Below are positions 11,389 through 22,837 of a DNA stretch of 64,000 nucleotides, piece after piece; the stretch's first letter is position 1; every line of letters starts with the position of its first letter. The DNA comes from Rebecca billardiae RCC1528 (Eukaryota > Protista > Haptophyta). The notes beneath the pieces are model-generated. The model had not been told where the DNA came from. It saw nothing but the letters and a program-made list of their open reading frames with translations, and did not search any database. The stretch lies in the NCBI GenBank assembly GCA_965240325.2, contig OZ251228.1:2728001-2792000 (forward strand). The letters are read 5' to 3'. The position numbers were made by a program, and so were the translations under genes.

Positions 11389-12399
11389 CTAGTCGTTAGT
11401 CTTAGCAGCGGCCAGCACTGGCAGCAGGCCCAGGTAGCGTTCAGTCACGTGGTGGTCTGCGTACACCATCAGCTGCACGCAAACGGCCACGGGCCGCGCA
11501 GACGCAGCCAACGCACACGCAGCCACAACGCCCTCTCCGTCGGAGCATGCGCCGGCCGCGCGCCTTCTCGTGAGCGCCCCACGTTCAATCGCATTGGCAG
11601 CGGATTCGAGCTCGACGCGCAGGAGCGCACACGCGACAAAGAAATCGGCAGCAGAGTCGTCGTGAGCATGATGGCGGTCGGCGCAGTCGGCGTCGCCGGC
11701 AGCCGTGCTGCCGACTCCGATGAGCACCGCGCCTGGTAGCAGGCTGCCTCCCTCGTCCGCGCAGGTTTGCCAGCCTGCATCTGGCTCGCCGTGGGCCAAC
11801 GCGCGCACCTCTGCGGGTGGCAGCACGCGCTCGCGCAGGAGGCGCGCGTAGTGCAGCTGTGGCAGCCGGATGACCCGACGGCGCGCCCAGCGGCCCACGA
11901 TCTGCGCAGACTGCTGGCAGATGCGCCATGGGTGCTCGAGCGGCCAGTCGCAGCCGGGCGGCATGCGCGCGAACGCGGGCAGGCCGCAGCCAAGGGGCGG
12001 GTCCGCGTGCTGCAGCCGCAGGGCAGCGCGCTCGACGAGCACGACGAGGTGCGGCTGGTTCGCGCCGTCCGTCTCCATCGTCGCGACGGCGGCGGCAGCT
12101 GCGGCCTCCCCGCCCGCGGGCCGCGCCGCCCGTGGCACTGCCAACTCGAGCGGAGAAGCCTGCCCCTCCCTGCCGAGCGCCACGCCGCTGCCCAGGCCGA
12201 AGAAGGCGGCGAGCTCAGCCGCACTGGGCGGGTGCGCGTCGGCCAGGCTTCGGCACACGGGCGCAGCGGCGGTGGCATCGGCACCGGGCTGCAGCGGAGA
12301 GTCCGCGCCGACCGCGAGCGCGCCGTCATCGCAGCCGTCAGCATGGCCGCCGCGTGGGTGAGCGCCGTCGGCCTCTGCGCGCTCGGCCTGGCCAGGACA

Positions 12400-12430
<31 letters not shown>

Positions 12431-14127
12431 TGCTGCTCGCGCTCGATCAGCGCGGCGAAGAAGCCGCCGCAGTCCGCGGCGCTCGGCAGCACACGGATGC
12501 ACCGCGTGAGGTCGAGCGCACCGCCGTCGGCGTCGTCACCGCCAGCGCTCGCGCTCGCGCGCGGAGCAAACATGGTGGGCTGCAGCGCGCCGCGCTCGAC
12601 GGCGCCGCTGGCCTCCTCGTCCGCCAGCTCGGCGGCAGAGCGGAGCATGTGCGGGCGGGCCTCGCAGTACCCGGGCGTAGGCACGCCCCACGAGCGCAGC
12701 CCCGGGTGGCACGCCCTCGCGGCAGCCTCGGAGAGCACCTCCTGGGCCGCGGGCACCAGCCGCACGCGCAGCGGCCGCCCTCGCACGTCTGCGCCGGCGC
12801 GCGCCCGGCTGAGCGCCGCGTGCACCACCGCCTCGTTCTCGATCGGGTTGAGCGAGCACGTGGAGTAGGCGAGCCGGCCGCCCGGGCGCAGGAGCCGGAG
12901 TGCGCGCTGCAGGATGGCCAGCTGCGTCGCGTGGTTCGCGAGCGCCGGGCGGACGGACCAGCGCTCCCACTTGCGCGCGTTCTTGCGCAGCGTGCCGTCG
13001 CCCGAGCACGGCGCGTCCACGAGCACGCGCTCGAAGCGCAGCGCGGCGGGCGGGGCGGGCGGGGCGGCGCGAGGGATGGCGGGCGGGACGAAGGTGCGCG
13101 CGTCGGAGCACATCATCAGCACGCGCGTCGCGCCGGGCTGCGACCACAGCCGGCGCAGCGCGCGCTCTGCGCGGGGCCGCTCGAGATCATTCGCCACCAG
13201 CACGCCGGCAGCGGGCGGCGCAGCCGCGGCCGTGGCCGCGGCCGTGGCGGGCGCGGCGTTGGCCGAGGCAGAGGCCACCATGAGGTCGAGCAGCTGGCTC
13301 GTCTTGGAGCCAGGCGCGCAGCAGAGATCGAGCACGGCGTGCCCGGGCCGTATCGGCGCGAGCAGGCACGCTGGCAGCATCGACGCCACTTCCTGCACGC
13401 ACAGCTCACCGCAGTTGGCGAGACGGCTGAGCACCGCGCCCAGCGAGCCTGCCGAGCTGGCCGCGGCCTCGGGCGCGGGCGCAGCCGCCGGGGCGTCGGC
13501 GGAGCGCTCAGCGTGGACCGCCGTGGGGGCTTGCGCCACGTACAGCCCACTGCCATCCGAGGGCCACGGCGAGCTGAGCAGCCGGACGCCACCGGCCGCA
13601 CCGGCCTCGCGCACGGCGGCGTCCAGCTCGGCGCGCGTGCGCGCGAGCCGTGGCGACGCGCGATTCAAGCGCACGGAGAGCGGGAGCGGCCGGCGGAGGT
13701 GCGCGCACACGTCGTCCCACTCCGCAGGGCCGCACAGCTGCTGCGCTGCGTAGTACGCCGCGAAGGTTCTCGCCGCCTCCGTGCCCACTACAGCACCGGT
13801 CTCACCGTCGCGCGTGGCGCCACCCACTTCGGCGCTCGCCTGCAGCCCAATGTCCAGCACCATCCGCCGGCTGCCGCCGCTCGAGACGTCGCTCTCGCTC
13901 GGTATGAGCGTCACAACGTCGCCGGCGAGCACGACGCGATGACCCTGGCAGGGCGCATCGTTCACGAGCACGCGCCCCTGCTCGCACGCGCGGAAGGCGC
14001 CGGTGCGCGAGTCGCCGTGCGGCAGGAGGTACTCGCGGAAGGCGTGCGCGACGAAGCGCTGCACGCGTTCACCCGCGTCGGCGACGCTCACGACTTCGCA
14101 CGCGCCCCGAGCCGTCACAAAGTCCAT
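11389..14127 (-). CDS. NOL1/NOP2/Sun-family RNA (cytosine-5) methyltransferase, NSUN2/Trm4-like, with a possible N-terminal S4-like domain
   Basis: Motifs QEVASMLP, VLDLCCAPGSKT, ANDL, FERVLVDAPCSGDGTLRK, YSTCSLNPIENEAVV, GGFFAALI; both catalytic Cys (PC, TC) present. N-terminal GRVLVND...VLAGDVV resembles S4. Confidence 0.9.
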
Positions 14128-14249
14128 CGCGCCAATCACTTCTGTCGCGACGAGACGGCCGGCACGTCGCCGCCCATCGTGCGACGACGCATATCCGTAG
14201 GCTCCGTGGAAATCGTTGGTCGTTTTTCGGGCGGAGGGCGGGAACGAGC

Positions 14250-16850
14250 GGCTGCCTGCGGGCAGCGGCGCCTGCGAAGTGCTAAGCCCTCGACACTGCG
14301 AGCGCGTGTTCGGCGCCGGCTGGGCCGCTGCCCCTTCTGCATGCTGCAGGAAAGCCGCTCTGGCTGGGCTGCTGCCCCTTCTGCATGCTGCAGGAAAGCC
14401 GCTCTGGCTGGGCTGGGGCCCCTTTGCATGCCTCAGTGCTGCAGGAAATCACACATGCATGCCTGTGTTGCCTGGCAGCTGCCTGCGGGAAGCGGCGCCT
14501 GCGGAGTGCTAAGCCCTTGACACTGCGAACGCGATGTTCAGCACCAGCTGGGCTGCGGCCCCTTCTGCATGCTGCAGGAAAGCAGCTTGGGCTGTACACG
14601 GCAAGCGCGAGTTCCGCGCCGGCTGGGCTGCTGCCCCTTCGCCTGCTGAAGGACAGCCGCTCCGGCTGGGCTGCTGCCCCTTCAGCATGCTGCAGGAAAG
14701 CCTCTCTCGGGCTGGCAGCTGCCCGCGGGCAGCGGCGCCTGCAGAGTGCTAAGCTCTTGACACGGCGAGCGCGAGTTCCGCGCCGGCTGGGCTGCTGCCC
14801 CTTCTGCATACTGCACGAAGGCCGCTCGGGCTGGCTGCCCCTTCTGCATGCTGCTGCAGGAAATCGCACCACATGCCTGTTTTGCCAGGCTGCTGCCTGC
14901 AGGCAGCCGCGCTTGCGGCTGTGGTTTGCTGAGCCAGGGGCTCGACACTGCGAGCGCAATATGCCGTGCCGGCTGGGCAGCTGCCCCTTTCTGCATGCTG
15001 CAGGAAAGCAGCTCGGGCTGGCAGCTGCCTGCGGGCAGCGGCGCCTGCGGAGTGCTAAGCCCTCGACACTGCGAGCGCGTTGTTCGGCGCCGGCTGGGCT
15101 GCTGCCCCTTCTGCATGCTGCAGGAAAGCCGCTCTGGCTGGGCTGGCGGGGCCCCTTCTGCATGCCTCAGTGCTGCAGGAAATCACACATGCATGCCTGT
15201 GTTGCCTGGCAGCTGCCTGCGGGCATCGGCGCCTGCGGAGTGCTAAGCCCTTGACACTGCGAACGCGATGTTCAGCACCAGCTGGGCTGCGGCCCCTTCT
15301 GCATGCTGCAGAAAAGCAGCTCGGGCTGTACACGGCAAGCGCAAGTTCCGCGCCGGCTGGGCTGCTGCCCCTTCGCCTGCTGAAGGACAGCCGCTCTGGC
15401 TGGGCTGCTGCCCCTTCTGCATGCTGCAGGAAAGCCTCTCTCTGGCTGGCAGCTGCCGGCGGGCAGCGGCGCCTGCAGAGTGCTGAGCTCTTGACACGGC
15501 GAACGCGAGTTCCGCGCCGGCTGGGCTGCTGCCCCTTCTTCATACTGCAGGAAGGCCGCTCGGGCTGGCTGCCCCTTCTGCATGCTGCTGCAGGAAATCG
15601 CATCACAATGATGCCTGTTTTGTAAGGCTGCTGCCTGCTGGCAGTCGCGCTTGCGGCTGCGGTTTGCTGAGCCAGGGGCTCGACACTGCCAGCGCGATGT
15701 GCAGCGCCGGCTGGGCAGCTGCCCCTTCTGCATGCTGCAGGAAAGCCGCTCGGGCTGGCGGCTGCCTGCGGGCAGCGGCGCCTGCGAAGTGCTAAGCCCT
15801 CGACACTGCGAGCGCGTGTTCGGCGCCGGCTGGGCTGCTGCCCCTTCTGCATGCTGCAGGAAAGCCGCTCTGGCTGGGCTGCTGCCCCTTCTGCATGCTG
15901 CAGGAAAGCCGCTTGGGCTGGCAGCTGCCTGCTGGCAGCGGCGCCTGCGGAGTGCTAAGCCCTTGACACTGTGAACGAGATGTGCCGCGCCGGCTGGGCT
16001 GCTGCCCCTTCACCGCGCCGGCTGGGCTGCTGCCCCTTCACCTGCTGAAGGAAAGCCGCTCGGGCTGGGCTGCTGCCCCTTCTGCCTGCTGCAGGAAAGC
16101 CGCTTGTGGGCTGGCAGCTGCCTGCGGGCAGCGGCGCCTGCGGAGTGCTAAGCCCTTGACACTGCAAGCGCGTTGTTCGGCGCCGGCTGGGCTGCTGCCC
16201 CTTCTGCATGCTGCAGGAAAGCCGCTCTGGCTGGGCTGCTGCCCCTTCTGCCTGCTGCAGGAAAGCCGCTCGTGGGCTGGCAGCTGCCTGCTGGCAGCGG
16301 TGCCTGCTGAGTGCTAAGCTCTTGACACGGCGAGCGCGATGTTCCGCGCCGGCTGGGCTGCTGCCCCTTCTGCATACTGCAGGAAAGCCGCTCGGGCCGG
16401 CTGCCCTTCTGCATGCTGCTGCAGGAAATCGCATCGCCTGCGGCTGCGGTTTGCTTAGCCAGGGGCTTGACACTGCACGTGCAATGTGCCGCGCCGGCTG
16501 GGCCGCTGCCCCTTCTTCCGCATGATGATGCAGGGAAGCCGCTCGGGCTGACTGCACTTTCTGCATGCTGCTGCAGTAAATAAGGCACGCCTGTGTTGCT
16601 TGGCAGCTGCCTGCTGGCAGCTGCGCCTGTGGTGTGCTGAGCCCTTGGCACTGTGAGCGCGATGTTCCGTGCCATTGCAGGGCAGCTGCCCCTTCCTCTG
16701 CATGATCGATGATGCAGGAAATTAGCTCGGGCTGGCTGCCCCTTCTGCCTCCTGCTGCAGGCGATCACGCATGCCTGTGTTGCCCTGCAGGCAGCTGCCT
16801 GTGGGCAGCGGCGCCTGCAGCTTGCAGGGCCCTCGAAACTGCGATCGCAG
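14250..16850. repeat. Complex minisatellite (about 40-bp GCTGGGCTGCTGCCCCTTCTGCATGCTGCAGGAAAGCC units alternating with GGCGCCTGCGGAGTGCTAAGCCC units)
   Basis: Dozens of copies; higher-order duplication with an offset of about 730 bp. Remnants at about 18230-18425 and 19150-19330. Confidence 0.9.
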
Positions 16851-18531
16851 TGGTTCCTTGCCTGATTAGCGGCTTTGCACAGCCGAATGCCAGCGTCGGT
16901 TGCAACTTGTGACTCCGACCCGTCATCGCTCCGACCCGTCATCGCTCCTCCGACCAGTCATCGCCTCGCCACTCTCCGACCTCAAACCCCCACCTTCGAC
17001 CTGGAAGACTCGCCCTGCCTCCGACCCGTCATCGCGCTCCGACCCGCCATTGCGCCTCCAACCAGTCATCGCCTCACCACTCTCCGACCTGCCTCCGATG
17101 CGCCAACGTCGTCATCTCCTTCGTCAGCAAAGACAATATGAGGCCCTCAGGCCATGCTCAAGCACACACTCGCGCCATCGGCATCTTGGAGTGAGCTGCT
17201 CGCTGGCGCCCAACCAGTGCCCTGTGTCGACTGCCTGCTGGCAGTGAGAGAGCCACCCTTGCGGTGGTAGTGCATAGCCAGCACTGGTGTCAGCTCCTGC
17301 TGGGGCCAGTGGTGAGCACCCTCAGCTGCTTGCCTGGTAGTCAGGGTGGGTGGGTGGGAGGATTTGCCACAATGAATGCCCTTTGCTGCTGCGGCGCTGC
17401 GTGCCGCCATTTGCGGCAACCTCGTGCCTGCTGCTTGGGGCGATAATCGCTGAGCTCTGGGCTCTGAGTCCTGCTGCTCCGGATTCTGCGGCTGGATTTG
17501 CACAGCGCTTGCGTCTCCAGTACATTGCGGACCCCTTGTGAGCTTCGCGCCAGACCCACCAAACCAACTGCACAACACAAGCGGTCCTTGTTCCTTGTTC
17601 GCCGCATGATTGTAGTATGTTATGCCCACTGCTACGCAGTCACCAGATCGGCGACGTCGTCGACAGTTGGGATACCTCCAAGTGGAGGCCCGAGTGGTTG
17701 CAGCCCACTGTGCCACCAGGGTACTTGCGGCTGCGACGTGTTTGCCGCGCTGACGTTCCCAATCGTTCCACAGGGGCGTCGGGTGGCTGTGCTTGTAGGG
17801 TCGGGGACCGTAATCCGTATCCCAACTGCATGATGCGCACGGTGGCGGTGTTCGTTTTTCGATTGCTTTGCTGCCTTTGGCTTTGACGACGACGAGGCAG
17901 GCGTTGAGCGGCCTCTCGGCTGCTGCAAGGGCCTTGGCTGCGGCCTACCGGCACGGCCCGTGCTGCCTGGCAGGCCAGTGCGCTGATAGCAACGTAGCGG
18001 CCCTGCTGTATACCCAGGTTCCAGCAAGTAAGCGGCAGTGCAGGCCTGCTGGTCTCCAGCGGCCTGCTCAGGCCTAATTAGCAAGGCAGGCTCTGCCGGC
18101 CTTGCCCGTATGCTGCAGTGCCAAGTGGATCTGCCTGCTGCAGCCAGCGGGCTTGCGCCTTGCTGCTCGGCGGAGCTGCCTCACTGCACGGCGAGCGCCG
18201 GACTGACAGCCATGGTCCGCACCGGCTGGGCATCCACCCCTTCTGCATGACGATATGCAGGAAATCCGCGTATGCCTTATTGGGCGGCTGATGAATGCAC
18301 CTTTCGCGTAGTACTGCTAGTGCAAGTACTATTGATGCTTAGCAGGAAGTCACACATGCCTGTGTTAGGTGTTGCCTGGCTGCTGCCTGCGGGCACAAGC
18401 GGCACCTGCAGCGTGCTAAGCCCTTGCCTCGACGGCCTGCGGGCCGGAGGACGGTGGAGGACGCTTGCGAGTCCTGGGCAAGGCTCAGGCGGAGCTCTTG
18501 CGGGCCGGGTTCTAGGGCCCGGCGGGCCGCA

Positions 18532-18970
18532 AAGAGCAGCCTCGACGGCCGCAGGCCGGAGGACGGTGGAGCAGAGCAGCCTCGACGGCCGCGGGCCGGA
18601 GGACGGTGGAGCAGAGCAGCCTCGACGGCCGCGGGCCGGAGGACGGTGGAGCAGAGCAGCCTCGACGGCCGCGGGCCGGAGGACGGTGGAGCAGAGCAGC
18701 CTCGACGGCCGCTGGCCGGAGGACGGTGGAGCAGAGCAGCCTCGACGGCCGCGGGCCGGAGGACGGTGGAGCAGAGCAGCCTCGACGGCCGCTGGCCGGA
18801 GGACGGTGGAGCAGAGCAGCCTCGACGGCCGCGGGCCGGAGGACGGTGGAGCAGAGCAGCCTCGCCGGCCACTGGCCGGAGGACGGTGGAGCCGAGCAGC
18901 CTCGACGGCCGCGGGCCGGAGGACGGTGGAGCAGAGCAGCCTCGACGGCCGCTGGCCGGAGGACGATGGA
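18532..18970. repeat. 40-bp tandem repeat, 11 near-perfect units
   Basis: CTCGACGGCC recurs every 40 bp from 18541 to 18941. Confidence 0.95.
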
Positions 18971-19504
18971 GGACGTTTGCGAGTCCTGGGCAAGGCTCAA
19001 GCGGAGCTCTTGACACGTGCGCGATGACGAAGGCCTGCGGGCCTTTGGGAGCCTCCCTCGCCGCGCGAGAGGGTCTGAGCAATGCACGAGCGCCTGGCAG
19101 CGCTCGGTGCGGCGGCCGTGGGCCGAGAGAGCTGTTGAGGGGGGGGGCTGCTGCGGGCTGGGCTGCAGCCCCTTCTGCCTGCTGCAGGAAGCCGTGCGGG
19201 CTGGGCTGCGGCCCCTTCTGCATGCTGCAGGAAAGCCGCTCGGGCTGACTGGGCACCTGCCACTTCTGCACGCTGCTGCAGGAAATCACGCATGCCTGTG
19301 TTGCCCGGCCGCTGCCCGCGGGCAGCGGAGCCTGCGCCTGCGCGTGCGAAGGAATCGGCCGCCGACGCACGCGCACGGACGCCGACGCGATTTGCCACAA
19401 TGAATGCCCTTTGCTGCTGCGGCGCTGCGTGCCGCCATTTGCGGCAACCTCGTGCCTGCTGCTTGGGGCGATAATCGCTGAGCTCTGGGCTCTGAGTCCT
19501 GCTG

Positions 19505-20346
19505 CTGGCTGGTTCAGACCCAGCCGTTTCGTGGTACCCACGAACAATAAATTGCTCCGTGCGGAGCGGCTGGGAAAGTCCAGCAAGGGCCTGAAAGGAG
19601 ATCCGGCCACGAGGGCCTCGGCGTGCCGCCCGCCCGCGTGCCGACGCGCCGTCGCGCTCGCGGCTGTGACGCGTCGGCGGTCGCGCGCGCGGCTCTCGCG
19701 CGAGTCGGATGGACGTGGATCCCTCTTCGCCGGCGCCTCCACCTGGTGAGCGGTGCTCTCCCCCCCTTCGCGCTCGCCGCGCACTGCTTCTGTCCCAGAG
19801 TGCGGTCTGTGGGGCACCGCGCGTACGCGTGGCCGGGCACCTCGCAAAACCTTCGCGGGCAACACTTTTGAGTGGCTGGCATGGGGGGGGACAATGTGTA
19901 CCGTGAGCTGAGTGGCTACCCGTGTGCGAGCGCGGAGGGGCCAGCCCTCTTTTTCGGCCACACGTCTCACACTGTTCCATGGCCCGTTCTACCTTGTGTC
20001 CGTGTGCACGTACAAGTGGAGCAGGGCGGGGTGGGCGGCCCTTATCGCCGTCGGATGAGACCCAAAGATAGCATGTGCCACGCCGCACCGCGCTGCACCA
20101 CCAGCCAACAATCTGGGCGGGCGGTACCGGCGATCTGCGCGGCGCGATGGGCACGGGCAGCATGCCTGCCAGCATGACGGCGAACACGGCAAACCGCCTG
20201 CAAATCAGGTTCAACGCGGTCTGAACTCCGCGAATCCGGATTTCACGCACGGGAAGACCGAAACGCTTTTCCACTGGATATCGCTAGCCGCTCCGCGGGG
20301 CCGCGGAGCGGCCTCCCAAAAGGAGCGGCGGGTCTGAACTAGCCAG
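19505..20346. mobile_element. 842-bp MITE-like element, 17-bp TIR, 9-bp TSD (Mutator/Merlin-like TSD length)
   Basis: CTGGCTGGTTCAGACCC ... GGGTCTGAACTAGCCAG. TSD GTCCTGCTG at 19496-19504 and 20347-20355. Empty site near 17468. Confidence 0.9.
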
Positions 20347-20481
20347 GTCCTGCTGCTCCGGATTCTGCGGCTGGATTTGCACAGCGCTTGCGTCTCCAGT
20401 ACTAGTACATTGCGGACCCCTTGTGAGCTTCGCGCCAGACCCACCAAACCAACTGCACAACAGAGGGCGGGAACGAGCATC

Positions 20482-22449
20482 ATGGCGCACCTTGTTCGCA
20501 CGTGTCGGCCAATGGCTGGGTGGCGGCGGTCACGCGGCGGCGGGTTAGCTGAGTCCGTCATCGGCTGGCGGCGGCGGGATTGACGACGACGAGTCCGACG
20601 TGCTCGATCGTTCCGGGGAGCCCGAGGCGGAGAACACGTACGTGTCCGGCTACATGGATGCGGACGAGCATCATGATGATCCCGTCGCTCCGCCTTGCGG
20701 CTCGCATGACGAACATGCGGCGTCGAGGAGGCGAACATGGCGCGCGCTCAGGGCGATGCGCCAGATAGTGGCGAGCACATGTTCGTCGACGCTGCCGAGC
20801 CTATGGTCGTTGCCGAGGACGCAGAGGAGGACGCCGATGGTGGCCTGACTCTGCCGGCTGCAGCACTCGCGGCCGAGCAGCACTCGCGGCCGAGCCGGCG
20901 CGCGTCCCTGTGTCGCGCGAGGGCGGGACGGTGAAGCCGGACGCGAAGCAGGAGTGTGTGTACTTCTCTCTCCGCGCGATCGGCACCACGGCGCGTGCGG
21001 GAGCGCCGGTGCAGCCAGGCATCGGCTGGTCGAGCTCCATATCGTCGCCAGCATCAACACACTTCTTCCGGGGCCAGATGAAGATGCTGAGGCCGAGCTG
21101 GAGCCGATCAAGGTGGGTGCGTGGGCGGGCAAGTTCAACACGGCGGGAGTGTCCATCGCACCTGACCCGGAGTGGCATGCGCTCACGGCCGAGGCCGTGG
21201 CGACCAAGCCGGACTTCGCATCGGAGGTGGACGGTCTGCTGGATTGGATGAAGGAGATCATCACGGACACCGGGTTTGATGGCATTCTGTGTGCGCACGG
21301 CGGCGACTCGTACGACTTCCGCCTTCTCGCGCTCGAGCTGGCCGCCGCAGAGCGGCTGCTGCCAGCGAGGGTGCAGATGTGCGCTGACCCCGCGGCGATG
21401 GCCCGTCGCTTCAAGGAGGAGGACTGGCAGGAGTCCAAGGGCAAGCCAGTGATGAGCCCGAGATCCATGGTCACGTTCGAGACTCAGAGCCGCTGCGAGG
21501 CAGGCGGTGATGTGTCGGATTGGGCCGACGCAACGGCACTTGTCATGCACGGGCCCGCAGTCGCTGCTGCCCTGCACAAGGGCAAGGTCGGTGCGCGCTG
21601 GCTTGACGAGCCGAGCCGAGCGCGCAGCCGACGGCGGCGGCCGCCGCCGCTGCGGCAGGGCAGCAGGTGGCAGCGCAGCGAGCGCCCACCGGCGTGATGC
21701 TCGGGGCGCGGCGGAGCCTGGCAACCTCGGCGCAGCGCGGGCACGAGCCAGTGACAGGTGCCTGGGTCGAGCTCGACATGGGTGAGATGCAGGACGAGCT
21801 GCAGCGCGTCGGCGCTGCGAGTGGCGAGCCCGTGCAGCCAGCGGCTCTCCGCGCGCACGATCTGAGGCGGCAGGACAAGATTGCAGCGGTGAAGAAGAAG
21901 GGGGCGTGACAGCGCGAGGACGGGGGCTGGCACGCGAGCGAGGCGGCCCCATGGCCGAGCCGCGAGCTGTGCGCGCACCTAGCCGGACACGGCTTCGTCA
22001 CGCGCCGGGGCAAGCTCGTGGGCGTGGCGCTGGACGGAGTCGGCGCTCTCGGCGTTGCGCTGCTCCGCTTCATACTCACGTTGCCCATTCTGTCGACGGT
22101 GGTGGCGGCGACGAACTGGCGGGCGACGCAGAAGGTGGTCGAGGTGCGGCGCGCGCGCGCGCGCGGCGTGCGACCACCGGCGAGGCGAGGCGTTGTTTTG
22201 ACAACGCCACCTGTCTCCCGCGGCGCGATCGCGGCTGCGCGCGACTGCTGTCTCATCAGGAGAAGCAGGACGGCAAGACGGTCGTCCGCCCGGGTGATCG
22301 ACGACCGGTCGCATCAATATCAGTGCAATGCGTGTCAGTGCGCTGCATCAGAAGTAGTCACCGGCCGCTTCGTGCGCGTGGCAGCCGCCCGTCAATGCGG
22401 CATCGTCCGCTGCTCCGCCACCGCCACTGTTACACGCTGCGGTGAGTGA
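20482..22449 (+). pseudogene. Frameshifted DEDDh/DnaQ-like exonuclease joined to a piggyBac-like transposase N-terminus and a Cys-rich C-terminus
   Basis: HALTAEAVATKPDFASEVDGLLDWM..ILCAHGGDSYDFRLLALEL..DPAAMARRF resembles the DnaQ ExoII region. LLRFILTLPILSTVVAATNWRA resembles the FxxFxxxxIxxxIVxxTNxYA motif of piggyBac transposases. Several frameshifts; no DDD core. Confidence 0.55.
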
Positions 22450-22837
22450 CGGTCTGATCGCCGACGCATTCATGACAGTGAGCAGCAGCAGCACGCAAAC
22501 AATATACGGCCAAAACGCGTAAAAAGCCCCAAAATAAAACTGCTCCGACGGAATTCTCCCCTGCTTGCTTTTTCACCGGGAGCACCGCCCGGGAAAAAAA
22601 AGAATCGGTCCAAAACGATGGCGTCAATGTACCAGGCGCCCCACCCTCGACCCGCCCCTCGCGCGACGGCTCTCACTCGCCGCGATGGACGAGTCGAGCG
22701 ACGCCCGGCTGGGGCTAGGCGGTCCGCTCGGGGGCACGATGTGCACCGCCGCGCATCTCGCCTCCGGCCCTCCGCAGCGTCCGCGGCGAGGCCGCAAAGT
22801 GCCTGGAACCACATGGAACCACAGGGGGCGTACGGAT

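Larger units (their letters stand above)
14250..20462. mobile_element. 6.2-kb satellite-rich insertion flanked by a 16-bp direct repeat
   Basis: GAGGGCGGGAACGAGC at 14234-14249 and 20463-20478. Internal duplication of about 215 bp (17361-17577 versus 19389-20462 minus the nested insert). Confidence 0.6.

Noticed and set aside
11767-14520. 917-aa plus-strand ORF, and similar long opposite/alternate-frame ORFs at 25662-27989, 46738-50439 and 62321-63547
   Set aside because: Antisense shadows of real high-GC3 genes.
14250-16850. CRISPR-like appearance of the recurring 40-bp motif
   Set aside because: The intervening sequences are themselves repeats rather than unique spacers, there are no cas genes, and the context is eukaryotic.
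18272-19248. ORFs open in several frames across the 40-bp tandem repeat
   Set aside because: The period is not a multiple of 3 and stops are absent only through composition; no protein motif.
17361-20462. LTR retrotransposon interpretation of the duplicated segment ending in ...CAACA
   Set aside because: No gag/pol, no clear PBS, and the flanking duplication is 16 bp rather than 4-6 bp.
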